A DNA stretch of 64,000 nucleotides, taken from an uncultured delta proteobacterium. GTDB lineage: Bacteria; Myxococcota_A; Polyangia; Fen-1088. The stretch spans positions 128,001 to 192,000 of the forward strand of contig CAVTRY010000018.1 of the NCBI GenBank assembly GCA_963737265.1, written 5' to 3'. Positions within the stretch are counted from its first letter, which is position 1; each line of letters opens with the position of its first letter. Shown one piece after another: positions 8,196-18,158 of the stretch. The notes beneath the pieces are model-generated. The model saw only the letters and a list, made by a program, of their open reading frames with translations, did not search any database and was not told the origin of the DNA. Both the position numbers and the translations under genes were made by a program.

Positions 8196-11138
8196 ATGTT
8201 GCTCGACCGTCGCAGATTCTCTCTATCGCAATTGCTCCCGCTCGGAGCCCTCACAACCCTTGCCTTCTTCGCGGGCTGTGGCCAGCACGAAGCCCCGGCC
8301 AACTCGGGTAGCGCCGACTTGACCGTCAAGACGCTGCTCAGCGCCGCTAACATCACCGGCGTAACCGCCACGATTTCCGGCTCTGCCCTCTCCACGCCCC
8401 GATCCGTCGCGCTCTCTTCGAGCACCACCGGGACCTGGGGCGCTCTCATCGGAGCGCTCCCAGCCGGCACCGGCTACGTCTTCACCGTCAGCGCCACCGA
8501 CGTAAATAGCGTCGCGCAGTACACCGGCGTCGCCTCCAACGTCACCATCGTCCAGAATGTGGTGACCAGTGTTGTCATCACTGCCCAGCAGGCCACGGCC
8601 CCGACGCCTTTCCAGAACTCGGTCCCCGTGATCGACGCGTTCGTCCTCTCGTCGAGCAACGTCGCTCCGGGCGCCACCATCGCCGCCACGGTCACGGCCC
8701 ACGATCCGGACGCTGGCGACACCCTCACTTACGCCTGGACGGTAAGTCCCAAGGGTAGTGTCTTCTCGGCCCCGACCGCCGTGACCACCAACTGGACCGC
8801 GCCCACCACGGCGGGCGCGTACACACTCACCATCGCCGTCACCGATAGCCACGGCGCGACCGCCTCGGCCTCGGTCGTGGTGAACGTCTCGACCAGCAAT
8901 GGCGTGGGCCAAGCCTCCCTTACCGTCAACCTCAACACCTGGCCGGTGGTGACCAACATGGTCGCGGCCCCGAGCTACCTTGTCCTTGGCCAGCCGACCA
9001 AGCTGACCGCGGTTGCCACCGATGCGGACGGCGACCCGCTGACCTACGCCTGGACCAGCACCTGCGCCGCCGGCACGTTCAGCGCCGCCATGGCCGCCGC
9101 CACCACCTTCACCTTGCCTGCTGGCGACACCGACGCTAGCTGCTCGATCAGCGTCGCCGTCAACGACGGCCGCGGCGGCTCGACCAGCGGTAAGGCCACA
9201 CTGCCCGTCGGCGCTCCTGCTGCGGTCAGCTCTCCGGTCTTCACGGGCAGCTCGCAGTCGCCCAACGTCGTGACCCCTGGCATGAGCGTGACCTTCCAGG
9301 TCACCGCCTCGGATCCGCAATCGAGCGCTCTCACCTTCACCTGGATTGCTCTCTCGGGCACCGTCTCGGGCCAGACCAACACCGCCAATTCGTCGCAGAT
9401 CACCTGGACTGCCCCCGCCGGCGCCTCGTCGAGCTCCACGGTATCCGCCGTGGCGACCGACGCCCTCGGCATGAGCGTTGAGCTCGACTTCGCAGTCACG
9501 GCTTGCGCGGCCGCATTGAAGTGGCCCTACCTCATCTACCCCGGCCAGAACTCGACGATGCAAGTGCTCTGGCAGGACAACAACGCCGGCGAGTCGAATA
9601 GCGTTCGCTGGGGCACCGACACGAGCTACGCCATGGGGAGCGCGGTCGCGCCCGAGTTCGGCGACAAGCAACACGCGTACACCATCACGGGCCTGCAGCC
9701 GGACACGAAATACTACTACCAGGTGACCGACACGGCCGTCACTGCCTGCGTCTACGGCCAGGGCTCGTTCACCACCGCGCCCGCGGACACCGCGACCTCC
9801 ATCCGCTTCATCGGCCAGGGCGACTCCCGCAGCCAGCCGTTCGCGCTTGACAACCTGATGCAGGCGCTCACCACGTTCTACGCCCAGCCCGGGAACGCGG
9901 ACTACCAGCGCTTTGCCATCCACAACGGCGACTGGGTGAGCACCGACGGCGAGAGCTACTGGACGAGCCAGTGGTTCGATCCCACCAAGAAGGACATCGT
10001 CGCGTACACGGCCAATACGCCCATCGACGGCGTCAAGGGCAACCACGACAACGCCTCGGGCTACAGCACCACCTTCCCGAAGTACTTCCCCTTCCCGTAT
10101 CCGGCCGCGACGCTCAAGGCTGGGACCGGGCCCGGGACCAGCATGCCTGCCACCTATAACAACCTCTACTGGTCTGTGGACTACGGTCCGGTCCACATCA
10201 CGTTCGTCGACGAGTACTCGGCCTTCACGCCTGGCTCGCAGCAGTACACCTGGCTCACGAACGACCTCGCCACCACCACGAAGCCTTGGAAGCTCCTCGT
10301 CTACCACGAGCCGGCGTACTCCGCGGGCTCGGACGGCGACAACACCTCCGCCCAAACCTACCTCGAGCCTCTCATCACCCAGTACAACGTGGACCTCGTC
10401 TTCGCCGGTCACAGCCACAACTACGCTCGCACGGGTGCCTATAACCTCACCCAGGCCCAGGGCGACCAGATTGCGCTCAACGTCCCGCACATCACCAGCG
10501 GCGGTGGTGGCGCGCCGGTCTATCAGCCCGACATGACCAACACCCACAGCAAGTACCCGCACGTCATCACGGCGTGGCCTGCCTTCGAGTTCGTGACCTT
10601 CGACGTGAAGCCGACCACTCTCACCATGACCGCCTACCAGGTCAACAACGTGAGCTTGACGGCTATCATGACGCCGGCCGCGCTGACCCTCTCGAAGATT
10701 GAGACCATCGTGCTCAATCACTTCAGCAACGTCACGCCGCAGTTTACCGCGACGACGAGCGCGTTCGTGCAGGATGCAACGACCGGCCACTATATGGGCA
10801 AACTGATCCTCACCAACACGGGTGCGGATGTTGCCGGAACCGTCGACGTCGTGATGGACGGCATCCTGAACCTCGCCGGGCTCGGTACGCCGGACAACGA
10901 GTACAGCACCACGAGCCCCCCGCTCGCCTCGATGATCGCCCAGAACACCGGATTGGCGACGACCGTCACGGTGGTCGGTGCGACCGGCTCTAACAACGGT
11001 GAGCCGATGATCCGTGCCACCAGCAGCGGCGTTTTGGCTGGCGGCCAGATCGTCGTCCCGCTGGAGCTCGACATGGGGACTGGTGGCATCGATCCGAACG
11101 CCACCAGCTTCTTCACCCCAGTGATCCTGAAGGAGTAA
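8196..11138 (+). CDS. Lipoprotein metallophosphoesterase (purple acid phosphatase-like) with Ig/PKD-like repeats and FN3 domain
   Basis: AAGGAGG RBS and FFAGC lipobox. Repeats AHDPDAGDTLTYAW, ATDADGDPLTYAW and ASDPQSSALTFTW, then FN3 (ITGLQPDTKYYYQV). Catalytic motifs GDS, NGDWV, GNHD, YHEP and GHSHNY. Confidence 0.9.
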   Translation: MLLDRRRFSLSQLLPLGALTTLAFFAGCGQHEAPANSGSADLTVKTLLSAANITGVTATISGSALSTPRSVALSSSTTGTWGALIGALPAGTGYVFTVSATDVNSVAQYTGVASNVTIVQNVVTSVVITAQQATAPTPFQNSVPVIDAFVLSSSNVAPGATIAATVTAHDPDAGDTLTYAWTVSPKGSVFSAPTAVTTNWTAPTTAGAYTLTIAVTDSHGATASASVVVNVSTSNGVGQASLTVNLNTWPVVTNMVAAPSYLVLGQPTKLTAVATDADGDPLTYAWTSTCAAGTFSAAMAAATTFTLPAGDTDASCSISVAVNDGRGGSTSGKATLPVGAPAAVSSPVFTGSSQSPNVVTPGMSVTFQVTASDPQSSALTFTWIALSGTVSGQTNTANSSQITWTAPAGASSSSTVSAVATDALGMSVELDFAVTACAAALKWPYLIYPGQNSTMQVLWQDNNAGESNSVRWGTDTSYAMGSAVAPEFGDKQHAYTITGLQPDTKYYYQVTDTAVTACVYGQGSFTTAPADTATSIRFIGQGDSRSQPFALDNLMQALTTFYAQPGNADYQRFAIHNGDWVSTDGESYWTSQWFDPTKKDIVAYTANTPIDGVKGNHDNASGYSTTFPKYFPFPYPAATLKAGTGPGTSMPATYNNLYWSVDYGPVHITFVDEYSAFTPGSQQYTWLTNDLATTTKPWKLLVYHEPAYSAGSDGDNTSAQTYLEPLITQYNVDLVFAGHSHNYARTGAYNLTQAQGDQIALNVPHITSGGGGAPVYQPDMTNTHSKYPHVITAWPAFEFVTFDVKPTTLTMTAYQVNNVSLTAIMTPAALTLSKIETIVLNHFSNVTPQFTATTSAFVQDATTGHYMGKLILTNTGADVAGTVDVVMDGILNLAGLGTPDNEYSTTSPPLASMIAQNTGLATTVTVVGATGSNNGEPMIRATSSGVLAGGQIVVPLELDMGTGGIDPNATSFFTPVILKE

Positions 11139-11158
11139 GTAGGTCGGATGACGGGACG

Positions 11159-11188
11159 ACGGGGGCTTTCGGGCCCCCGTTTCCTTTT
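11159..11188 (+). terminator. Intrinsic terminator
   Basis: ACGGGGGC-TTTCGG-GCCCCCGT hairpin followed by TTCCTTTT. Confidence 0.75.
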
Positions 11189-11326
11189 GACTCTCGACGA
11201 GCTGTCGCTGGCGCCGAGCATGCTGCGCCGGACGATCCGGCCATGAGGGCGCTGCATCAGAAGGCTCGATAACAACAGGGACACTGGCATACGCCGTGTC
11301 CTCCTACATGAGCAACCTTCCTCGAC

Positions 11327-12058
11327 ATGAAGATAACGATCTGCACATCCCTGGCCCTCCATCTCCTGCTGCTTTCCGCGGCCGATAAGATGGGAAGCGC
11401 CTCGGCCCCCGCCAAACCGACGGCGATCGAGGTCGATCTGGGCAAACCCTCGATGATCGAAGTTGAGCTGGGGGGCGGCCGCAAAGCCGTGCAGCCGGTC
11501 CGCGACTGCGGGAAGAGTGTGCACCTGAGACGAAAGCAGCCGGCGCACCGCCTGACCAAGACGGCCCGTCTGGAAGCAAGGCCGGCTCCGCCCTTGCCCG
11601 CGCCGCCATCTTCTGTTGCAGAGACAGCAGTGAAGGAGGCCGCGGCACCTGTCTCCTCTCCCATATCTGAGTTGGTGTCCGGAGAGTCAACCGCGACGGT
11701 CGACAACGTCATCCGCTCCGCCGGGGTAGCACCGTCTGCCGGTTCCGAAAGCGGGAAGCCGGCCAGCCCTGGGACAAGCGAAGGGAACGGCATGCTTCCC
11801 TTCGTGATCAGCGGCCCCCCGCCTGCCTACCCGCAAGATGCCCGTTCCAAGGGGTTCACCGGAAAGGTGAAGGTGAAGGTCTTGATATCCGAGCAGGGGA
11901 CTGTCGAGGATACGGTCATTGCCCAGAGCTCCGGGTATGCAAGCCTCGACGAGGCGGCAAGGCTTGCTTTGCGCCACTGGCACTTCAGTCCGGCGTACAG
12001 AGGTGGCCATGCAGTTGCCGCCTGGGTCGTCGTGCCGGTGACGTTCAAGCTGGCGTGA
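11327..12058 (+). CDS. tonB: Energy transducer TonB
   Basis: N-terminal SLALH anchor, Pro-rich linker and C-terminal YPQDAR...GKVKVKVLISEQG...SSGYASLDEAA...WHFSPA. Confidence 0.88.
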   Translation: MKITICTSLALHLLLLSAADKMGSASAPAKPTAIEVDLGKPSMIEVELGGGRKAVQPVRDCGKSVHLRRKQPAHRLTKTARLEARPAPPLPAPPSSVAETAVKEAAAPVSSPISELVSGESTATVDNVIRSAGVAPSAGSESGKPASPGTSEGNGMLPFVISGPPPAYPQDARSKGFTGKVKVKVLISEQGTVEDTVIAQSSGYASLDEAARLALRHWHFSPAYRGGHAVAAWVVVPVTFKLA

Positions 12059-12208
12059 CCGGCCCTCTCAATCGACGCAAGATCCATCCCAACAGAAAGG
12101 TAGTTTTGAAATGATAGTGTCATCCAGGCCAACGCGGGTAGGGGGAACCAGAGTCTCGATTCTCGTTGCGCTGCTGAGCCTAGGCCAAGCAGTCTCGGTT
12201 GCATCTGC

Positions 12209-12450
12209 GGAAACCGAGCCTGCAGCGGCCTCTCCGCCGCCAAGTGATGCGCCTGCAACGGAGTCCGCGGAAACCTCGCCGGCAGCGACCTCTCCGCCGC
12301 CAAGTGATGCGCCTGCAACGGAGTCCGCGAAAACCTCGCCTGCAGCGGCCTCTTCGCCGCCAAGTGAGGTGCCTGCAACGGAATCCGCCAAACCCCTGCC
12401 TCCAGCGCCCTCCCCGCCGTCAGGTGATGCGCCTGCAACGGAGCTCGCGG
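12209..12450 (+). repeat. Four tandem 60-bp coding repeats (PAAASPPPSDAPATESAETS-like)
   Basis: ccgccgccaagtgatgcgcctgcaacggagtccgcg recurs with a 60-nt period. Confidence 0.9.
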
Positions 12451-13320
12451 AGGTTTTGGTGACGGACAAGAAAGAGACCACGCCGGCGCCCAGGCCAGGA
12501 AGCGCGGAGAGCGGATATCTGAGCACCTCCGCAATGCTCGGAACACTCGGCAATGCAAAGCTCCTGGATACCCCATTTACAGTCACGTCTTTTCCACAAC
12601 CACAACCTTCGGCATGTCGAATCCGGGCTATTCTCCCGACCCGAACGTCACGATTTCCAAAAGCCCTCCCTATCACACAACCCAGAAGGCGTTACGCCAG
12701 TCCACGCTGCTGACCGATCAGCTTGCCCTGGGTCAGAAGTGGTCCCTGCTTGCAGGACTCTCCTACGTGAGCATCGCTGACAAGCAGTATTCAAACACGA
12801 CCGGCGCGTTGACATCGGATTACCACCAAGGAAGAGTTACTCCGGCCGCGGCGCTCATGTTCAAACCCGTTCCAAAGGTGACCGCCTATGTGTCGTATAT
12901 CCAGGCTCTGGAAGAAGGTCCCATCGCGCCCAGCACGGCCGCCAATGCCGGTGAAATCCTCAAACCCTTCCTGAGCGATCAGGTGGAGATGGGGCTGAAG
13001 ACGCTCATCGGCGGGATGAACCTGAATGCCGCTGTTTACCGTATTGAAAGGGCCAATGCATACACCGACCCCGACACCAGCATTGTCACCGAGGACGGGC
13101 GGGAGGTTCACATGGGCGGAGAACTCTCCTTCTCCGGCAAAGTCACCGACAATTTCACCCTGCTGGGAGGATTCTCGATCCTGAGAGCGACGATTGAAAA
13201 GGCCACCGATCCGGGGCTTGAGGACAAGTCCCCGCAGGCCGTCCCGAGAACCCTGGCGAGATTGTATGGAGAATACGCCCTGCCCGTCGTTCCCGGCCTT
13301 ACCGTGACAGGGGGCATGTC

Positions 13321-13509
13321 CAGGGCCATCGCATCATCCTACATCGACGCAGGATCCATCAGAGTCTCGGCCATTTCTGGAAGGTTTTCCCCTGGGGTCG
13401 GTGCGCGCGCCGGTGTGCAGGCAGGTTCGGCAGCGCGCACGGGCGCGGAGACCGGCATAACTATCGGCATCTCCGCAAGATCACTTACAATTTAGATGCG
13501 TTGGCCCTG
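13321..13509. mobile_element. 189-bp MITE with 15-bp terminal inverted repeats and 10-bp target-site duplication
   Basis: Left CAGGGCCATCGCATC and right GATGCGTTGGCCCTG match at 14/15. GGGGCATGTC is duplicated at 13311-13320 and 13510-13519. Removing the element restores TGGMSYTGEEW. Confidence 0.9.
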
Positions 13510-13769
13510 GGGGCATGTCCTACACAGGCGAAGAATGGGTCAACGATGCGAATACTCTCTCGATTCCCTATGTGCTCACCGGAGACTTGGGATTGCGCTA
13601 CCAGAGGAAAGTGATGGGGAAGGACACCGCGTTGCGGTTCTTGGTGAACAACATCGCCGGTGAAAACTATTGGACCACCAAGGGAGGCGGGATGCTGTAT
13701 CTCGGAAGTCCACGCATCATTGCCATGTCGGCTACAGTGAATCTCTAGCCTGAAAGCGGGAGGAATGGG

Positions 13770-15238
13770 ATGCGCATGCGCCTTGTTTTGGCAGTGGTGG
13801 CTCTGCTGGCCTCCGTCTGGTTCCTGAGTGACGGCAGACAGGTTTCCGCGGCGGACAGAGGCAAGGCCGCCGCCGGGAAGAGGCTCGTTCTGTCGCTGCA
13901 CGCCAGCGCCCACAATCGCGAGGACGTCTTCGTGTCGGCACTGATCGATGCGGGGGCAGCTCGCAGCGTCTACGTCGAATACGCCGACAAGACTCTCGGC
14001 CGCGCGCAACTGCTCGAACCAGGCATGCTGAACGCCGCGGCACGCGGTTCCGGGAAGCGGGAATTGCATTTCGTGGCGCCGAAGATGGCAAAGGGAGAAA
14101 CGGCCAGGGTTGTCGCCCTGCTGTCGGAACAACCCATCGAAGGACGGACGTATGTCTGGAACGGCGAGCCTCGCCAGAGCCGTCGCCTGTCCTGCGGGCA
14201 GTGCCATCAGGGGTCGACCATACCGACGGCCGAGCAATTGCGACAGGAAGGAGAAATGCTTGAAGAAGACGGGCAAAGTTCCGCCGCTGGATACGTCCCG
14301 CATCCTGCCGACCTCCAAAGGAGAAGATTCCCGATGGCACGAAAAGCTGGGCAGGTATCAGTCCTCGGCCTGCTGGGAATGCCATGCCCGCCACATGGTC
14401 GAGTACGAGTTCGGCCAATCGCTCGAACAGAGATTTTCCCTGGGCACCCGACCCGGCGAAGCTTGGCGAAGCCCCGATCGTCCGCAGCGTCTTCCACACC
14501 GTCTTTCACGTGCTCGATGGGCGAAGGGCTACGCACCCGCTGGCGGGCGAGGACGCTGGCGGCGATAGTCCAGGCGCGTGGAAGATCCAGTACGGCTTCG
14601 AACGAGCAAGTGTGGGTGCCGCGCGCTCGACCGATGTGCTCCAGCAACACGTACGGACACTGTCCGAAGAAGCGGGCAAGTTCATCGGCCGGCACAATAT
14701 TCGGATTGATTGGATCGGCCATTTGGCCGATAAACGCGTGACGATAGCCCGCGAGGAGCGGCAGGTGACGGTGAAGGATTACCGGGCCCGCAACCATAGC
14801 ATTGCGATGTGGATCGATTTCGCTTCCACGCTGCACCCGGCTGAAGGCCCGGTCAAACTGGACGGCGCCGCCGGTGCGGCGGGATTCCGCTTCGTTCCTT
14901 CCCTGGACGCCGGCACGGTGCCCGAGAAGCGTGAATCGGCCGCATGGCGAGCGATCACGTTCGTCTCCGAGCGATCGACGTACACGGCCGTCTGCATTAG
15001 TCAATCGGGCAATCCGCCCCCGCCCAAGCAATCGGCGCAACCGGCCGGACCTTCGGGAGCGGCGGCTCGCACTGGCGCGCCGCCGGAGATCGGATTCCGC
15101 TTCTCGGCGGAATGCACTGCCCAGAAACCGCTGCAGGTCCACTACCGGCTGTGGATCCAGGGAGGCCGGATGCCAACCGAGGAGATCGCGTCACTGGCGA
15201 ACGATCTTCTGGAACCGATCCGAATCGAAGTCGAGTAA
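13770..15238 (+). pseudogene. Secreted protein with two CxxCH motifs and a C-terminal DUF6807/PmoA-family-like domain, two apparent frameshifts
   Basis: Signal peptide, CGQCH (13770 frame), CWECH (14110 frame), then IDWIG...EERQVTV...IDFASTL...VKLDG...AGFRF (14384 frame). Confidence 0.5.
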
Positions 15239-15353
15239 CCGGTGCCGCGACGACTTGCGGCCGAGCTGCACGATGGTTGGCCGCATCACCGTTCGGGAAG
15301 TGGGGATTGAGGAATAGGCCATTCTGGCACTCCATAGATTGTTTGAGGAACTT

Positions 15354-15371
15354 CTGTAACAAAATCGTCGC
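15354..15371 (+). promoter_or_regulatory. Pho-box-like motif
   Basis: CTGTAAC-AAAA-TCGTCGC, 13/18 identical to the E. coli-type box CTGTCATAAAGTTGTCAC and nearly identical to the motif at 19454. Confidence 0.5.
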
Positions 15372-15427
15372 CGATCCGGTCACGAGAACTTCTGTAAGGT
15401 CACGGCCGATCAGGGAAGGAGATCATC

Positions 15428-15557
15428 ATGTTGCTCGGTCGCCGCAGATTCTCTCTAGTGCAATTGCTTGAGTCCCATCGAACCACTGCGAACCGATGAT
15501 CGGAACCACCACCAGCAGCGTTCTAGCCGGCGGCCAGAAGTGGTCCTGCAGGAGTAA
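15428..15557 (+). pseudogene. Relic paralog of the 8196 metallophosphoesterase gene (only first and last codons remain)
   Basis: Leader plus ATGTTGCTCGGTCGCCGCAGATTCTCTCTA matches 8150-8235. 15481-15557 matches the 3' end of the gene (gagccgatgatc...ggcggccaga...ggagtaag). Confidence 0.8.
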
Positions 15558-15572
15558 GTCCGATGACGGGAC

Positions 15573-15605
15573 GACGGGGGCCTTCGGGCCTCCGTCACCC
15601 CTTTT
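15573..15605 (+). terminator. Hairpin homologous to the 11159 terminator
   Basis: GACGGGGGCC-TTCG-GGCCTCCGTC followed by ACCCCTTTT. Confidence 0.6.
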
Positions 15606-15617
15606 CTGAAAGTGGCC

Positions 15618-16769
15618 ATGCGTACCTTCTTCATCCTCCTATCAATCCTCTGCGTGCTGTCGCCAGCGTCCCGCGCTGCACCTGCTGCGGCGGACGATCC
15701 GGCCGTGACCGCCCTGAAGCAGGCAGCGCAGCAGGCCTATCTCGAAAAGCGCTTTGACCAGGCGATCGCCCTCGACCTCGAAATCGCGCAACACCCCGAG
15801 AGCCATGCGCGCCGCTACGCCGTGCAGATGTTGGGGACGCTGTACGAAGACAACGTCGTCGATGTCGCCGCCGCTATTCGCTGGGATCGGGAATTCCTGG
15901 AGAAGTACGCCGACGTGCGCCAGGTAGCCTTCTACCGGCAGAAGATCGCCACGCTCGAGCAGGTGCTTCCGCAGAAGGACGCCTTCGCAAGTTACCAGAG
16001 GATTCGCTTCGCCAACCAGGGCGACGAGGTGCTGGTGAAGCAGCTCGAGGCCCTGCTGAAAGAGCATCCCGATTTTCTCCTCAAGGACAAGATCCAGGCA
16101 GAGCTGGGCTACGCCTACGCCCGCATGGACAAGCACAAGCAGAGTTATCTCGCGTTTCAGGCGCTGTCACAGAGCGGAAAGCCAATGTCGGCCGAGCACA
16201 TGAAGGCCTACCAGGCGGCCGCCCTGCATTTCAACGAGACCTCGAGCTGGGGCTTCGTCGTGTTGGGCGTCGTGCTGGGGCTGTGGGGCGTGGTGCTCCT
16301 CGGCAAGCCGTGGAGGCGGATCACCCGACGCGCGCTCTGGAAGCTTCTCGCCATTGCTTTGGCGTGGGTGGCGCTGAACGTGGCCCGCATGCCAGGCTTC
16401 TACACCATCGAGACAACGGGCTATCCGGTCGTCATTCCCGACACAGTCGTCTACACGGGCATCGCGCTCAACCTGACCGTTATCGTGTGGCTCTTCCTAT
16501 TGAGACGTGGATCGTTCTGGGAGCGCTGGCCGAAGATCGTGCGCCTCGTCGCCAGCCCGATTCTCGTGGTCGTGATGACCGCGTCCGTCCTCTATCTGCT
16601 CGTGATCCGGCAGCCGAACGGGCCGGAGATCGTCGACGTCTTCCCTATGGTGTACCATCGCTGGGTCGAGGATATGAGACGTCCTGCCGGTCCGGTCGTG
16701 CCCAGCGCCGAAGCGCACGAAATGAAAGCCGCGGGCGTGACCGGCGACCGTCCCGACCATGCGCATTGA
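15618..16769 (+). CDS. Membrane protein with periplasmic TPR-like domain and ~4 C-terminal TM helices
   Basis: Signal peptide, helical repeats (QAYLEKRFDQAI, ELGYAYARMDKHKQSYLAF) and four hydrophobic segments. Confidence 0.75.
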   Translation: MRTFFILLSILCVLSPASRAAPAAADDPAVTALKQAAQQAYLEKRFDQAIALDLEIAQHPESHARRYAVQMLGTLYEDNVVDVAAAIRWDREFLEKYADVRQVAFYRQKIATLEQVLPQKDAFASYQRIRFANQGDEVLVKQLEALLKEHPDFLLKDKIQAELGYAYARMDKHKQSYLAFQALSQSGKPMSAEHMKAYQAAALHFNETSSWGFVVLGVVLGLWGVVLLGKPWRRITRRALWKLLAIALAWVALNVARMPGFYTIETTGYPVVIPDTVVYTGIALNLTVIVWLFLLRRGSFWERWPKIVRLVASPILVVVMTASVLYLLVIRQPNGPEIVDVFPMVYHRWVEDMRRPAGPVVPSAEAHEMKAAGVTGDRPDHAH

Positions 16770-16788
16770 GGAGTAATAAGGAGCAACG

Positions 16789-17007
16789 ATGACGGGAAAA
16801 ATCCTGAAAGTGAAGACCGGCTACAACCCGAACTCGAGCAGCATCGGGGTCGACATGGTCGCCTTCTTCACCATTGGTGCGGGGATGACGGTGCTCTTCA
16901 ACCTTATCGCGACCATCATCGATGGCATCCAGGCCAAGCAGCGTGCGCGACCGGGCGAGGACAAGCAAGGCACGACGCAAGCGACGACGGAGGCGAAGCC
17001 GGCATGA
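16789..17007 (+). CDS. 72-aa peptide with GYNPNSSS motif and one TM helix; putative radical SAM substrate
   Basis: AAGGAG-like RBS, and its stop overlaps the ATG of the rSAM gene (ATGA). Sequence MTGKILKVKTGYNPNSSSIG followed by a hydrophobic helix and a charged tail. Confidence 0.75.
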   Translation: MTGKILKVKTGYNPNSSSIGVDMVAFFTIGAGMTVLFNLIATIIDGIQAKQRARPGEDKQGTTQATTEAKPA

Positions 17008-18158
17008 GCACGCTCCGCCATCGCTTCGAATCCTTTGGCGGCATCCTGGCCCTGGAAGATCCGCCGATGCTCGTGCACGTGGACCGGGACTTCATGCGCA
17101 GCCTTGGCCATTCCGCCTGCTCGGCCTGGGAAGAGTCGGAGACAGGGCTTCTCAGCGCGCCGCTCGAAGTTCACCTCTCGGTGACGAACGCCTGTTCGCA
17201 GGGCTGCGGCCACTGCTACATGGACTCGGGGCGGAACGATGCCGGCGAACTGTCATCGGCGGAGCTCCGGCGAGCCATCGACCTGCTCGCGGACATGGGC
17301 GTGTTCCACGTTGCGCTCGGGGGCGGAGAGGCGCTGGAGCGGCCCGACCTTTTCGATCTCGCCGCGCATGTGCGGGCACGCGGCATGGTCCCCAATTTGA
17401 CCACCAATGGCGCTCTTCTGACCCGGGAGACCGCCGAGCGATGCCGTGTCTTCGGTCAGGTCAACGTCAGCATCGACTCCCTCGACGGGGGCGCGCAGGC
17501 CGGCCCGGCCGCGCGGCTAGCCGCGGTGGATCTCCTGCGGGAAGCAGGGATCCGCGTCGGCATCAATTGCGTGGTGACGCGAGAGGGTCTCGATGGGCTG
17601 GCGAACCTCATTGCGTTCGCGAAGGAGCGAGGGCTCGTCGATATGGAGCTTCTCCGGCTCAAGCCCTCAGGGCGTGGAAAGAAGGACTACTTCGAGCGGC
17701 GACTGACGCGGGCTCAGAACGAGAAGTTTTTTCCGTTCATCCGGGACCTGTCCTTGTTGCACGGCAGCTTCCCGGTGAAGATCGATTGCTCGTTCGTTCC
17801 GATGTTCTGCTGGCACCGACCGGACAAGAGCCTCATGGAGCAATTCTCGGTCTACGGGTGCGAGGCCGGTAATGTCCTCGTCGGGGTGCGTTCCGACGGC
17901 AGGTTTGCCGGCTGCTCCTTTCTGTCCGGCGAGGAATCCATCTTCGAATTGCCGGGGCTTTGGCGGACGTCGGAGCACCTGACCCGCCTGCGCGGCTGGA
18001 TCGAGCGCGCGCCCGAACCGTGCCGATCCTGCGACTATTTGGACATCTGCAAGGGGGGCTGCCGCGCGGTGGCCGCATTCGTCGTCGGCGATGCCTTCGC
18101 TCCCGATCCCGAGTGTCCGTTCGCGGTGACGATGCGCGAGCGCGGCGTGGGAGCGTGA
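17004..18158 (+). CDS. Radical SAM/SPASM domain enzyme (PqqE/MftC-like subgroup)
   Basis: CSQGCGHC, GGGE and TTNG motifs. SPASM cysteines in GCEAG, GCSF, CRSCDYLDICKGGC and DPEC. Confidence 0.93.
   Translation: MSTLRHRFESFGGILALEDPPMLVHVDRDFMRSLGHSACSAWEESETGLLSAPLEVHLSVTNACSQGCGHCYMDSGRNDAGELSSAELRRAIDLLADMGVFHVALGGGEALERPDLFDLAAHVRARGMVPNLTTNGALLTRETAERCRVFGQVNVSIDSLDGGAQAGPAARLAAVDLLREAGIRVGINCVVTREGLDGLANLIAFAKERGLVDMELLRLKPSGRGKKDYFERRLTRAQNEKFFPFIRDLSLLHGSFPVKIDCSFVPMFCWHRPDKSLMEQFSVYGCEAGNVLVGVRSDGRFAGCSFLSGEESIFELPGLWRTSEHLTRLRGWIERAPEPCRSCDYLDICKGGCRAVAAFVVGDAFAPDPECPFAVTMRERGVGA

Larger units (their letters stand above)
12111..13748 (+). pseudogene. TonB-dependent (siderophore-type) receptor, internally deleted and interrupted by a MITE
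   Basis: Signal peptide, TonB box (LAEVLVT) and plug start LLDTPFTVTS, then a jump near 12595 into the barrel (QVEMGLK, GGELSFSG). The C-terminus (NNIAGENYW...GSPR...ATVNL) resumes after the insertion. Confidence 0.85.

Noticed and set aside
8223-10790. Long antisense ORFs (also 6831-7859, 48371-49819, 50596-52092, 58970-60742)
   Set aside because: Shadow frames of real high-GC genes on the opposite strand, with no recognisable motifs.
17004-18158. Calling the rSAM pqqE, mftC or an anaerobic sulfatase maturase
   Set aside because: No pqqA-D, mftA/B or sulfatase gene is nearby, and the adjacent peptide lacks the ExxxY and IDGxCGVY motifs.
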